From assembly GCA_030295235.1 (NCBI GenBank), contig AP026134.1, forward strand, positions 1,178,001 to 1,242,000: a DNA stretch of 64,000 nt, read 5' to 3'. The notes below the pieces were generated by a model. That model made no database searches, had not been told where the DNA came from, and saw only the letters and a list, made by a program, of their open reading frames with translations. A program made the position numbers and the translations under genes. Below are positions 12,266-23,937 of the stretch, piece by piece. The stretch's first letter is position 1; every line of letters starts with the position of its first letter. This DNA is from Fistulifera solaris (Eukaryota).

Positions 12266-12682
12266 TAACAATAGCTAGAAACGGTTTGCACCTTTCCTGC
12301 TATTGGTACCGCTCTCTGAACGAGACGAGACACAGTTGACAATCGAACGAACGATAAAGTAGGAGCGACCCTACGCTTTCGCAGCACCGGTGACCTCCAG
12401 AAGGGAGCAGTGCTTCAATCGGTCTACCTTGAGTTTCTCCACAGCACGAAGGGAGAGAAACACAAGAGATGGTTATCGACGGGAGACGAGTAACAACAAC
12501 AACAAGACAGATCAAAATTATGATTAGAAACGTTTGTTATTCTACTGCGTAAAACTGCGATTGCTCCCGAATCAAATCTGCAAAACGTGATAGATATGTA
12601 AATTGTGTCACAGCGTTGTCTTGAGGAAAAACACAATGACCACGACCAAAAATCCAGTCGTGAGTGATCCAAACTATTGTTA
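12266..12682 (-). repeat. 5' LTR (417 bp)
   Basis: By eye it differs from the 3' LTR only by a 5-bp GAGAC duplication (~12322-12331) and one A in an A-run. Confidence 0.97.
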
Positions 12683-15074
12683 GAAGGAGGAGTCGTCTCG
12701 CAAAATGGCAACCTCGTGTCGTCTCGACGATTCGCTTGCCTGCTTGCGAGGCTTCCTGCCTTACCGGAAAACTCGCAGTTGGAGCATTGTGCTGGGAAAA
12801 GTTCTTCACCTGAGTTGTGGGATCCATGAGGCGTGCCGAAGAACTGTGTGCGCCAGTGATTGGTGAAGCAATGGTAACGGTTGAGCGGGGTTTGGGGTTC
12901 ACCCGCTGAGCAGCTTATGAAAGCCACATTCGCCTTTCCGCTCCCAACCGGATACATGGGCGTTTGTGATCGCTTGTTGACATCTGCTTAACGTCTTCGG
13001 AGCTCTTGCGGTGCTTATGAGTTATCCTAGAAATAGGTTAGCGGTTACGGGCACTAGCAAGGGTCCCCCATGTGTCCCAGCACAATGAAAAATGTATACC
13101 ACGACACTCTTCATGCTAACACTTGTTCATTTCAAAACCGAATTAACTAAAATTAATAAAATAATACAACAGATGGGTGTACACGGTGGGTAATGGTGAC
13201 GGAAGAGGCTCCTCCATCTGACACTGTCCAATTCTGTGCGCGCAAGCGTTTTCGTGGTCGTGCGGATTGTCATTTGCCCCAGTTTCTCTGCCTTTTGTTG
13301 TGTTGCGCTCTGTGCTCTCTCTAGTATTCACTTAAGTCTCTCTCATAGTATCCTTCACCTTGAAGATTCTGTGTCCTTTGCGGGCATATCATCTGTCGAC
13401 AATGTAGAATGACCGTCCTCTTCCCGGTAGTCACGAGTTTTGTTGCCGTATCGCAACCGCTGGCTAGTGATGCGGTGTCACTAAACCCCGATGCCACTGA
13501 TAACTAAATCAGACATTTGGTTCTTCGCCGTCAATTTTTTCCAACGTCTTTGCTGCCATAAACCCAGAAATAGCCAATGCCGCACTCGAAATTTCAATAT
13601 CTCCTTCGTCGCTTCCATCCTTGCACACTTCACAAACATTCGACGACTCAAAAGTTTTTTCTTTTTCCTTATCGATTCACATGATTGCGACTCGTAAATG
13701 GTGCCTTGACAGGACTAGCGTCGATGGCAGCAATAACCGAATCGCTTTGGCGAAGGAGCCTTGTTTCGTCGATGTCGACGACGCGGAGATGGCAGCTGCT
13801 TCATGTGGAAACCAATTTTCCAAGTTCATAAACCTCCCTTCTGTCCGCTTCTCCGTCAATGCCTTGGTCTTCATCAGTACTGGCAGCTGCATCGGGCAAC
13901 TCGGTGAAAAGATCCTCAAACTCTCGAACGTCGTATTTTAAACTGTCCACTTGCAAGAGCCGAGGAAAAGAGCATAACATTGAAACCAAATGTTAAGCCA
14001 AGGCACGCATTTTGGTAATGTTTTCCATAAGGGTCCCATTCTGGACAAAAGCAGGAGCTCAATTTTGCTCAATTTGGTTCTACTGTTTGAATGCAAGCTG
14101 TCTATTCTGTTTCTTCTCTTGTGTCGTCTTCATGTCACCCTTTTCGACAGTCCAATTGGAATAGAACCCAATTGGAATAGAACCTAAGGGTGGACATGTT
14201 AGAGAAGAATAGGGGCTCCCCGAGCGGTGTCATGACTCATTCAGCAAGTAAAGGACGTATGGATAGGAGGCCATGTTCTTCTTCGCACGGAAACAAAGCT
14301 TGTTACGTCTTTGTTGCCGAATTAGTTCTGAACTCCCATAAAAGCCAATCAATCGTTGAATGAAGGATCTTTGTCAGGTGAACTTGACAGGACCAACATG
14401 CGCGATTTCTTCCGAAAAAGTCACCCAGTACGTCACCGTAACCTCTGCTCGACATCGCCAGCTAGTTCAATCATTGGTAACATTTGCAGTTGGTCCACCA
14501 CTGAGCAAGACTTAGCGTCAAGGAAACGACATGCGTCAGGATGGTCCCCGCCGTTCATATAGATGTTGTGACTGGCGGATACTGCACTGGCTGCAGTTGA
14601 TAGTAGATTCTCATTGCGCCGACAGCCCGCTCAAAGTGAAAGCCGTATCGCTGCTTCTTTACCACTCTATTGAGCTAATCGCAAGGAATAACTTTCCCTC
14701 TGATCAAGTGATTTGATAGCCCCCTGGGCATTTGCCGGCTTCGGAAAGATGCTTCGAACGATAGTCATGCCGCTTATAGGGACAGCATAGAGATGCAAAC
14801 GGCTGATCTGCGTTTTGCGTTGCTGTAGAAACCGTAGAAACGGACCAGAAGTTATTCATCACGTCCCAATTTCGTTGTTCTTATAAAAAAAATCGAATGG
14901 TTCCATTCAAGATGCGAGAAAAATTTCCCCACAATCTCATCTCGCTGTCCACACTGAAATTCCGAAAGTACTTGTATCACCGTTTCGGCTGAATTAGATC
15001 ATCGGTTTCAGTTTAATGTGAAAAGTGTTTGCGGCTGTCCCAGTATCGAGATAGCGGAGCCTGACGTGAATTAC
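12683..15074 (+). repeat. Unclassified ~3.1 kb repeat, copy A, right part
   Basis: Reverse complement of 47087-49486. Paired ORF-track translations match (e.g. MYPVGSGKANVAF, MPLITKSDIWFF, MNEGSLSGE). Homology ends at ...GCCTGACGTGAATTAC (~15074). Confidence 0.92.
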
Positions 15075-15895
15075 CAGGTATAAGGCCACGACGAGTGTCC
15101 GCACTCGTTTGATATTCGAAAACACTTAATTGACCACCGGCTACCGGCTCTTCTTACCTTACACCAACAAAAGCATCTCAGTTTTTATTTCACATAGCTG
15201 ACGCGTTATCAGCAAAGACCATCGTTGGTTTGATGTGAATTTGCTTGCGACCGCAGTGTACTTGGTATTGAGAGAACAAAGTTTAAATTCGTTTTGTAAC
15301 GCCTATGAAACAGTCTGAAGCAGAAAAATAAGGACAGGACATGCTAGTGACAGTATTTGCACTTCGTTTCGAATATGCATCATTTATTCAATTGCACTTC
15401 GCATCATTGCATGAAGTGCGTTCCGATTTGCTGCCTTGTCAAAAGATACGAATACAACGACAGCGTGACAACGCTTGTCATATCCCACGCACCTAGGAAA
15501 GCAAAGATTGAACCAAAGGATCAAGAAATGGCATACCAGTGACAGTTTCTGCACTTCGCTTTGCCTATTCGCAAAAAAACAAGTTGAGTTTGGTGTCAAA
15601 AATGTCTGCGGCCGACGTTTTCTCAGTAAAGGAATAAATTCTGAAGCAAAGGATCAGGTCTCAACGCGCCAATTACAAAGTATTGTACCTGAGCTTCGGT
15701 TTGTCTACGGCATCAGGATTCGACTACCAGCGCTTCATATTTTCAAATAGCAACTCGGCAGTCCGTCATGTGCTGCATCAATTTCCGATAACGATCTCTT
15801 CAAGCGTCGTCATAAAGTCCGCAAAACTTGACGCGCTTACTCTAAATCAGAAGATACTGCCTGTCGCCTAATCGATCTTGATGGCAATGGTTTCG

Positions 15896-17528
15896 TTACT
15901 CTGGATTCAACATTAATAGCTGGACCTCATCGCTTGTCATTTCGTTTTGTGTTTGCTCAACTTCGTCATCGGATATCTCAGATCGCTGTCGCGCCACTTG
16001 AGCAAAATGGACCCAATCACTTTTTACACATCGTGAGTCACTGTGAATTACTGGGAACGAAGCAAACCGGTCCTCGCGAACCATCTTCACCTACCTTGTA
16101 AAACACATGTAGCCATATAGCAATGTCAATATGGCGTACCCCAGTGTCATTCCTGCGTACAATCCCACTAAATCCGTTCTCCAGTATTTGAGACAGAAGA
16201 ATACTCCGGGCACTTGACCGCCCCAACTAGCAATGAAGCCGTACCAGAATACTTCGCGAGTTCGTCCCATACTGTAGGGGATTCGCTCAATTGCAATCGA
16301 TAAATTCATTAATACCAGTGTCGTCATAAACGGCCACTTGGCTCCTTCCAGTTCCGCCAAGAATTGTTCATCTGCCGTAAAGAGGCGGCCTAGTAGTCGA
16401 ATATTCCCCACAATGAATCCACCCACGAGCGTCAAGATGACTGCACAAATAAAAATTCCTACTTCCCCCGCTTGTTTCGCACCTAGCGCATCTTGTTTCC
16501 CCAACCGTATCGTCGTCTGAATTCCCGCGGCGCTACTGAGTGCACTAATTAGTGTCAACACAATCCACATGACACGGTAACTTGTGTTGAATACAGCGAC
16601 GGCTGTTTCCCCTAGATACTTGGCTACGAACGTCCCAATAATCGCCACTCTTCAAAAAATCCGAAGCCGAGCCGAGCGCAGCGGGTACATATAGATCCAA
16701 AAACGTTCGAATGCGAGTAGAAGTGACCTCGGACCATTTCCATCCATCCCAACAGGGCCGATGCAGTTGTTGCTTGTGAATGTAAATGATCCACAGAAAG
16801 GCCAATTGAAAATAAACAACACACGTCGTAACCCATGGACAAGCTTGAAACCCGTAGCCCTCCCATTCAGGAATACCGACTCCAAGTACAAAGACGAGTC
16901 CAGCCATCAGATTCAATAGCATGGCAACGGTCGCTGCATTGACTTCCGGATGCATGATGCGTTGTGCTAGAAAGTATTGTGAAAGCTGCGAAAAACCCAA
17001 TTGTGCTGGTAAGCTCAACGACAACACTCGTGCATAATATCCCGCCATGGAGGCAGCCGTCGGGTCTGTTCCCATTTGCATCCAAAACCACGCGGTCGTT
17101 TGCCAACTGAGCATGATCAGCAGTACTACAACCATGAGCACCCACAAACTGACTTGCAAATAAATTCCCGCTAATTTCGGATTCCCCGCACCCACAGCAT
17201 TCCCACAAAGTATACTCAAGACACGCGCTTGTATAAATACACCCGTGCACATGGTAAAGAGATCCGACAAGGACGAAGCCACGAGAGCTTGGGCACTGAT
17301 GTGTCCCAACAAGGCCGAGTCGGTCGTTTTCATGCCGACCCACGAAAGCATACTCCCGAAAATGGGAATTCCGAGTATTATGGTATCGTACGCATCTTTC
17401 CAAGCTGATGGTCGTATAGTATCATTCGTTATTGTGGTAGTTGTGTCGTCTCTGTTGTCGTCGTCATGTGTAGGGAGGGCGTCAAATGCAATCGAATGCA
17501 TGAGCGAACCTTTCTCTTCGTCGGCCAT
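15896..17528 (-). CDS. MATE-family multidrug/toxin efflux transporter
   Basis: Multi-TM protein with MKTTDSALLGH, GNAVGAGN, IRLGKQDA and DLVGLYAGMTLGY. GT-AG intron at 16094-16020. A frame break at ~16650 in a T-run is either a sequencing error or an inactivating lesion. Confidence 0.85.
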
Positions 17529-18189
17529 TTTCTTTACAATAAGAACAAGTGTCTGTGACGGATTCTTCTATTTAGAAAGAAGGGAAAGAAAGGTGGAAGT
17601 GACAAGACTATTGTTGCTGTGTGATAATCATCCTCGTTTAATTATTTGTGCATGTGTTGTCTTGACGGTTTCAAGATCACAGAAAATCTGCGCTAAATTG
17701 TGATGTTCAATCCACAGAAAATCTGTTCATGTGGTACGTAGTATCTCGACTTTCACAAAAATCTGGCCGGCGTGTTTTCAATTTACAGAATATCTGTATG
17801 TAGGGTGGCACTAATGATTTCCTCGCAGCTCGCTGACATCTCGCTACCAGGTACCTGTACGTACATATACATATACATGTACCAGTACAAGTACAAGTAC
17901 ATTATAATTTATGATACTGATACCGGGACTGCTTTTGAGTTGAGTCGGAGAAAAAGGCTGCTTACATTTGACGCGATAGTAAGTGTCGTCTTCTACTCGC
18001 GCACATTCTATGCTACAGTACAATCGTATTGGGCACGCACCGCGAAACAAATAAACCACGTCTCTTTTGCGTTTTCTTTTCTTTCGCAGAATTCTTATTC
18101 GACGCAACAAATCTTTCTCATTGTGCGTTCTTCGACTTGCTTATACCGCGAAAAGCGATCCTAGCTCTTTCCCTTTCACCATTTGCATC

Positions 18190-19449
18190 ATGAAGAAGCT
18201 CAACGCAGTCGTACTTGCACTTTCCATGTCGTCCGCCGTGGCCTGGTTGTCTCCTTCCTCCGCGAATTCTGTATCATTTAACGTCCACGCGCGTTCCTTC
18301 ACTCCACTTCATGACAACACCTGGTTACTTCACGCCAAGAATAATCAAAAAGACGAAGAGGAATCCAAGAAACTGCCACAGTCGTGCGAAAAAGTAAGAA
18401 CAGCCGCAGACAATCCTTGGCGAGAGGCATGGAATTGAAACAAGTTCGGGACGAGTTACGAAATCTGCGAGAATCTCTCATGTGGGCCGAAGCGATGCAC
18501 GACGAAGAAAGGATGCAGAATCTCATCAAATTGATTGATTGTCACGAACAACGGGATCCGGAACTAGTTTATGCGCAAACGCTCACAGCCATCGCGCAAG
18601 CACAAGCCAAGTTTGATTGCGATCCCGTAGACAAAGGACGAGAGATTCAACGACTTAAACAAAAAGCGCAAAGCTTGCGCTCGCAATTGCCGCGTTTTCA
18701 AATGGAAGGACTGTGGGTCGGAGCGTACGTATGACATTCGTTTGTTGCTGTGTTCTCGGCGTTCCTGTGACATTCCCTGCTAACATCGCATTGTTTCTCT
18801 TCAACATAGATACGGCGAAAATGACCTGCAGCTGGTCAATATTACCTACCGCGGTGACACCTTGGTAGCGACCAAGACAACCGGAGACACCAATGTTCCC
18901 CGCGGACAAGTCAGTTTCACGGCCGATCTCAGTCCCTCACGTCATAACAACGAGACGACTGTGACGCGCTATCAAGGACAAGGACAAGTGGCGCAACATG
19001 GCTTTGTGCAACACAAATTCGTCAATGGGCATTTATTATTGCAAGAGGATAGTATCTACACCAGTGATACAGATTCTTACCAATGCTTTTCGTTTGTGTG
19101 GTACGCGGAACGACAACACAAAGTCGTGTTTCAGCGACCCACACCGCAACAAACTTTGAATCTTTTGAGAGATACTCTAAGTCGAGAAGATGAATTAGAG
19201 AATATGCGAACGCATTTGACACGGTGTTTGGATTTGGATGCTACAGACGCGCTGGCACGACAGCATGCCGGAAAACTCGATGACGAACCGTTTCGACGAA
19301 TTCGGCGTCTCGACGAGCTCGAACAAGACAATCCCGTCCCAAAGAAAGAATGGGGTGTCTGGAGACGCTACCTGAGTGAAGGGATTTGGAAGAATATATT
19401 ATCTCGAAAGAAAGAAAACGGATGGGATGACTTGGAAATGGGATTCTAA
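18190..19449 (+). CDS. Plastid-targeted protein with a DUF3506/cyclin-D1-binding (EXECUTER C-terminal-like) domain
   Basis: Signal peptide ending AVA-W, then coiled coil, then EGLWVGAYG...VATKTTGDTNVPRGQVSF...YQGQGQVA..GF...FSFVW. Intron at 18725-18809; 1-bp frameshift at ~18372 in an A-run. Confidence 0.75.
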
Positions 19450-19514
19450 TGAGTCGTGACTTCTGTTAATCATACGAGTGATTCTAGTCCAAGTAACATC
19501 TAAAGATTGACTTG

Positions 19515-20255
19515 TTACGATAATTTGGGCGGTGTTTCGTAAACAATGGGGGCCATGGGAGCTGCACGTTCAAAGAAAGGAGAATTAATGTAGATTTCCC
19601 AACCGATCAAAAGGAAGATTCCCAACCATGCCCCCGCTTCGAGTACTTTATTGAATTGAATTTCCCCCTTGGCATTTGTCATTTCGAAAGGTAATCGCAG
19701 TGGCTCTGCTTCGACCGGCTTGGCCGCATCGCGGGCTACTGCCGCTTGACGACGTTGTTCCTTTCGCGATACTGTAGGACCGGCGCGGGCCAAATCAACC
19801 AAATCGGGGATACTCTCATCGACGGGTTCATCGAATTCGAACTTTCGTTCCAACGAACGATCTCTCAATAACTCATCAATGGAGCGAGCGGATTGTTGAT
19901 TGGAAGAGCCCATCATGTTGGCGGTGATCTCGTCTGGATTGGTTGGTGTTTTTCGTTTAGGTTTCTTCGACGGAGTGGTAGTTGCTTTGTCACTGTCTTG
20001 CTCGTCTTCTCCTAAATCAAAGTCCGGAAGATCATTCAAGTCATCTCCTTCACTAGTAAAAGAAGAAGAAGAAGAAGAAGAAGAAGATTCAGTTGAAGGT
20101 TCGTCAGTTCGCTTTCGACGTCTCTTTTTCGTGACATGCAACGTCGACGAGGACGACCTTTGAAGAGATGAGATGGAGTTTGTCGGAAACACAACGAAAG
20201 CGTGCGTCGACAGCAAAACGCTGCAGCCCACCAGTAACTGTAGAAATATCATCAT
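19515..20255 (-). CDS. Plastid-targeted protein of unknown function with a C-terminal TM helix
   Basis: Bipartite presequence MMIFLQLLVGCSVLLSTHA-FVV, an acidic middle, and the C-terminal segment GAWLGIFLLIGWEIYINSPFFERAAP. Confidence 0.8.
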   Translation of the reverse strand: MMIFLQLLVGCSVLLSTHAFVVFPTNSISSLQRSSSSTLHVTKKRRRKRTDEPSTESSSSSSSSSFTSEGDDLNDLPDFDLGEDEQDSDKATTTPSKKPKRKTPTNPDEITANMMGSSNQQSARSIDELLRDRSLERKFEFDEPVDESIPDLVDLARAGPTVSRKEQRRQAAVARDAAKPVEAEPLRLPFEMTNAKGEIQFNKVLEAGAWLGIFLLIGWEIYINSPFFERAAPMAPIVYETPPKLS

Positions 20256-20692
20256 TTTCAGTGGGCTTATCTTTTCAATAGTTCTTGTACCTGGTATGCT
20301 GATAATAATAAAAATCAAACAAGTTGACAAGTAGAGGCCTCCGGGTTGCGATTACCTGGTCTTATTGAGATTGATGTTGTTGACAAAAAATCCTCTGTCG
20401 GACGGTCGGACGTCAGTGAGCTCGATCGATCGACCCCTTCCGGGACTGGGAGTCGGGGAGTCGTCGGGAATAAAGGTCGCATACACTTTGTAACATAGTC
20501 ATACCACATTCTAGCAATTACATTAAGGCTCAAGTTTATTCAGCACAAATCCTTAACCTTATACATTGCATCCCGCCGCTATGAACTTGGCACGCAAAAA
20601 ATACGGTAGCACACAAAGATGAGACCGCAACGCGCTTCATACACACGAAACCATTTTATATCTTTTCGTTTTCTCTTCTTTGCATTATTACA

Positions 20693-21575
20693 ATGACAGA
20701 AGGAAATAACGCTTCATCCTGCGAAACTCGTCGCGAGAATACAATCGTCTGTCTTCCGGTCGCCACCGGTAGTATAGCGTTCTATTTGGGCAACAAAAGT
20801 GACACACAAACGCACGAGTGGACTTTGTATGTGCGAGGACCTTCCGGAGAAGACTTGAGTGTTGTTTTAGAGAAAGTCATTTTCCAATTACATCCTAGTT
20901 TTGCACAACCGACGAGAGAATTAACAGAACCTCCCTATGAAGTGACAGAACGAGGATGGGGCGAATTTGAAGCGCAAATTCGATTGATATGGAAAGATCC
21001 CACCGAACAATCTGTGTTGGTATGTAAAAGAAAGGCGCCCTGCACACCAACAGTCCCTCTTTTTTATATTTTACTTACTCACCTACAAACGTATACAGCT
21101 GTCTCAACCCATCAAACTGTATCCACCGGGAGCGCCCCTCACTGCACAACAGCAACAGCAACAATCCACCGAGACACCAGTCGTCTCCGAGACGTACGAT
21201 GAAATCGTTTTCACTAATCCTACGGAATCCTTCTATCAACAATTACAAAGCATAGGAACAGCTCCTTCCTGTCAAGAATTGTATTCTCAGCACGCACATT
21301 TTCCTACCTATTCGGATAATGAAGTCTGTCAAGCCATTTTGCAAGCACAAAAATTAATCAACGAACACTTGGCACAGACTAAACAAAACTTGATTCAACT
21401 CGATCATGACTTAGCAAATGTGGAAGAATCATTACGGGTACAGCAAGATGAAGTGAGAAAAAAGGCGGCACGGAAAGCAGCACAGCAGCCGACCAAGACA
21501 CCGGCGACGACAACGAGCACAACCACGGCGGTAACGACAACCAGGACTAGTAATAAGAAGCAAAAGACAACTTAA
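20693..21575 (+). CDS. YAF9: YEATS-domain protein (Yaf9/GAS41-like)
   Basis: THEWTLYVRG, KVIFQLHPSF, PPYEVTERGWGEFE, VVSETYDEIVF and a C-terminal coiled coil. Intron 21020-21098 joins the frames exactly. Confidence 0.92.
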
Positions 21576-21650
21576 CTAGCAGACCTTTTATCAATCACTG
21601 AATGTATAGTCAATATTAACCCCTATTTATTTATCATTGCGTTTCGATGG

Positions 21651-22829
21651 CTACCATTCACCCGGCCGCAGATCAATCATCCGCGTGCAATGATCGCACT
21701 CGGGATCGAGGATGGATTGCCGCAGTTCATTCAGCAAACGACTCCAGTTACTGGCTGTTGTCAAAACAAAGGCATTGGCTTCCAGGGCTACCAACAAGGA
21801 CGCCAACGCCATGAAACCAGGTTTCCCATCGTGTTTCAAGGAGAGACTAGGATTTTGATTGTATTGATTCCTGTTCGAAGATAATTGTTGTTTGTAGTAC
21901 TCTTGAAAGTAAGCGTCGATGTAAATCTTCCATTCCTTGGGACTTTGCGACACAAACTCGTACACAGCGCTAGGATCCGTCGTCGACAAATAAACGTGCA
22001 CTTGTTGCAAATCTTTCGCGAGGTCTACGACGGCACGAATATAATCACTCATCGGCACCAATTTCATTTCATCCTCTTTATCACCCCACCGTATATGCAC
22101 TGTGATCAGATCTGTAGGAATAACTCCATTGGGAAACACGAGATGCATTTGTCGATTCGCTTCGATTTGTAATTGCAAAGAGAGTGTCGAAAACAAATAC
22201 TCCATTGCTGCAGCTCTCCAGGCACTCACAGTCACATTGCGTTCTTCTCGGATATCCCGACAGGCATTGTTTATCAAAACTCCTCGACCTTTGGTCAAAT
22301 TTAGGGTTGTTAAGTGCGGTGATGGATTCATCGAATCGCGCCAGGAACAATCGGGTTCAGCAAGAGGAAAGTAACACGCCATGGGCGACGAGAACGAATC
22401 ATCTTTGTTGCTGCTATCACTCGTTCGTGTCGCACAATCTACGCGACTCTGCCAGATCCATGGTCCGATGCTACGAATACGGACTTGATGTTGCATGGCA
22501 TTACAGACCGCTTGACTCCATACATGCAAGTCACTCCCCAAGCCAAAGCGATTGCGAAACCAGAAATTCGCCGAAGGAAGTGTGCAATTGTGTTGATGAG
22601 AGTACAGTTGCTGCGCTAGTGGAGAAAGGGAGTGATAGGGACGAAGAGTCGTCCAGTCTCGTCGTAAACGATTCAAGCGACGATGGTCGACGGTCGCAAA
22701 ATAAGGATCATTGCTGCTGGTATGTTGTGTTAATGACAACGAAATATGTACTAAGCAAAGCCAAATCTGCAGCACCGTCAGTAACCATACAGTCAGGGCG
22801 ATTCGAATATATCGTCTGTTTATCGACAT
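21651..22829 (-). CDS. Type II membrane glycosyltransferase, alpha-1,6-fucosyltransferase (GT23)-like
   Basis: N-terminal TM helix, FGLGSDLH, ITVHIRWGDK (GDP-fucose-binding HxRxxD motif), VYLSTTDP and VLTTASNWSRLLNELR. Confidence 0.8.
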   Translation of the reverse strand: MSINRRYIRIALTVWLLTVLQIWLCLVHISLSLTQHTSSNDPYFATVDHRRLNRLRRDWTTLRPYHSLSPLAQQLYSHQHNCTLPSANFWFRNRFGLGSDLHVWSQAVCNAMQHQVRIRSIGPWIWQSRVDCATRTSDSSNKDDSFSSPMACYFPLAEPDCSWRDSMNPSPHLTTLNLTKGRGVLINNACRDIREERNVTVSAWRAAAMEYLFSTLSLQLQIEANRQMHLVFPNGVIPTDLITVHIRWGDKEDEMKLVPMSDYIRAVVDLAKDLQQVHVYLSTTDPSAVYEFVSQSPKEWKIYIDAYFQEYYKQQLSSNRNQYNQNPSLSLKHDGKPGFMALASLLVALEANAFVLTTASNWSRLLNELRQSILDPECDHCTRMIDLRPGEW

Positions 22830-23322
22830 GGCCCAATTCGATCACGTTTGCATCAAATTGCTTTCACACCATAGCACAGCATTTTCTTTTTATGAAAATT
22901 AATTTTTGATGAAAACGCAAAATCGTTCGTACGCTCATGACTGAACTATTCATTCGTGGCGGCGACACAATCCGGTCGAATGCGCAGCGTAAGCGAGTGA
23001 GAATTGCATTTTCAAAGGAACCAACATCGTTACATAGTCACACCCGTTTTCACAATCATTAAACTGTTGCTGGTAACAGATAACGCTAGCAATTGGAAAT
23101 TCACCCGAAAGCTGCCCGGATTCGTGACTGAAGTCCAGTCGTGGCGAATCCATGTCGAAATGATAGTTTTGATCAAAGAATGCTTTCATGAGTTAGAAAC
23201 AACTGAATTGAGGATCAGAAACTAGCATTTAAGCAACGATTTTTATCATTAAGCTATCGCAAAGCTAGTAGAGAAATTCGGCGTATATTTAGCGAACTCA
23301 CGGTGTTCCGACGAGCTATCAT

Positions 23323-23937
23323 TCAATACTCTCGCACTAGACCACTCGCAACAATTCTGACTGGAGATTTCGGTGCATTCTTGGGTGGTTGGACGGGGAC
23401 TTTTTCAATTTCTTTCACGACATTGAATGTCGCATCTGTTACTTTCCCAAAGGCTGCATATCGACCATCGGCCCATCCTGCGTCGTCGGTGCATTGCACA
23501 AAGAACCGTGAATCCGCCGAGTTGGGAAGCCCCGTCGAGACTAATCCTCGTTGCGTGTGTTTTATACTGTAATTGTCAACTATAGTGGTTGGGGAATTCT
23601 CGATGGCGCCTCCTTGAATAGAAAAATCAGACAGCACTCGGTAGAAAGAGGACCCGGCGTAGGCGTTATTTCGACAGAGCTCGACAAAATTACTGACTAC
23701 GTTGGGCATTTCCTTACCAAACAAATCAATTTCCAGTCGTTGAAGTGGCTTTTCCGATATTTGAATGTCCATATAGACCGTGTGCGTCACGGCAGGAGTG
23801 ATCGCTTCTTCTGCCGACGCGACAAATGAAGTGCCGAGAACCCATGCACTGCTCCCTATCAGTGCTTGCCGCCTGTTGCACGAGCTCCAAGCATAAATGG
23901 GAGATAATAAAAGTGAAAATAGAAGAATAGATCGCAT
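23323..23937 (-). CDS. Cyclophilin-type PPIase, probably thylakoid lumen
   Basis: Signal peptide, then twin-Arg RRQAL and an ASA cleavage site, followed by VTHTVYMDIQI, NFVELC, YAGSSFYRV, FSIQGG and DGRYAAFGKV. Confidence 0.88.
   Translation of the reverse strand: MRSILLFSLLLSPIYAWSSCNRRQALIGSSAWVLGTSFVASAEEAITPAVTHTVYMDIQISEKPLQRLEIDLFGKEMPNVVSNFVELCRNNAYAGSSFYRVLSDFSIQGGAIENSPTTIVDNYSIKHTQRGLVSTGLPNSADSRFFVQCTDDAGWADGRYAAFGKVTDATFNVVKEIEKVPVQPPKNAPKSPVRIVASGLVREY

Larger units (their letters stand above)
5640..12682 (-). mobile_element. Full-length Ty1/Copia LTR retrotransposon, diatom CoDi-like
   Basis: Two near-identical LTRs (5640-6052 and 12266-12682) and a 5-bp TSD GAAGG (5635-5639 and 12683-12687). 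The minus strand has the Copia order gag-PR-IN-RT-RH, and a PPT and a PBS abut the LTRs. Confidence 0.97.

Noticed and set aside
12240..12300. A tRNA-Asn gene next to the LTR
   Set aside because: Only 14 nt of the anticodon arm are present, with no D arm, T arm or acceptor stem, so it is interpreted as a PBS.
15091..15108. Hairpin ACGAGTG-TCCG-CACTCGT as a Helitron 3' end for the 3.1 kb repeat
   Set aside because: It lies outside the region shared with copy B and is not followed by a CTRR terminus.
20060..20087. (GAA)n tract, and (CAA)n at ~3247-3280
   Set aside because: These are coding microsatellites for poly-Ser and poly-Gln, which are ordinary.
22184..22909. 241-aa plus-strand ORF (similarly 29730-30443 and 60236-60766)
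   Set aside because: These are antisense shadows of well-supported genes on the opposite strand.
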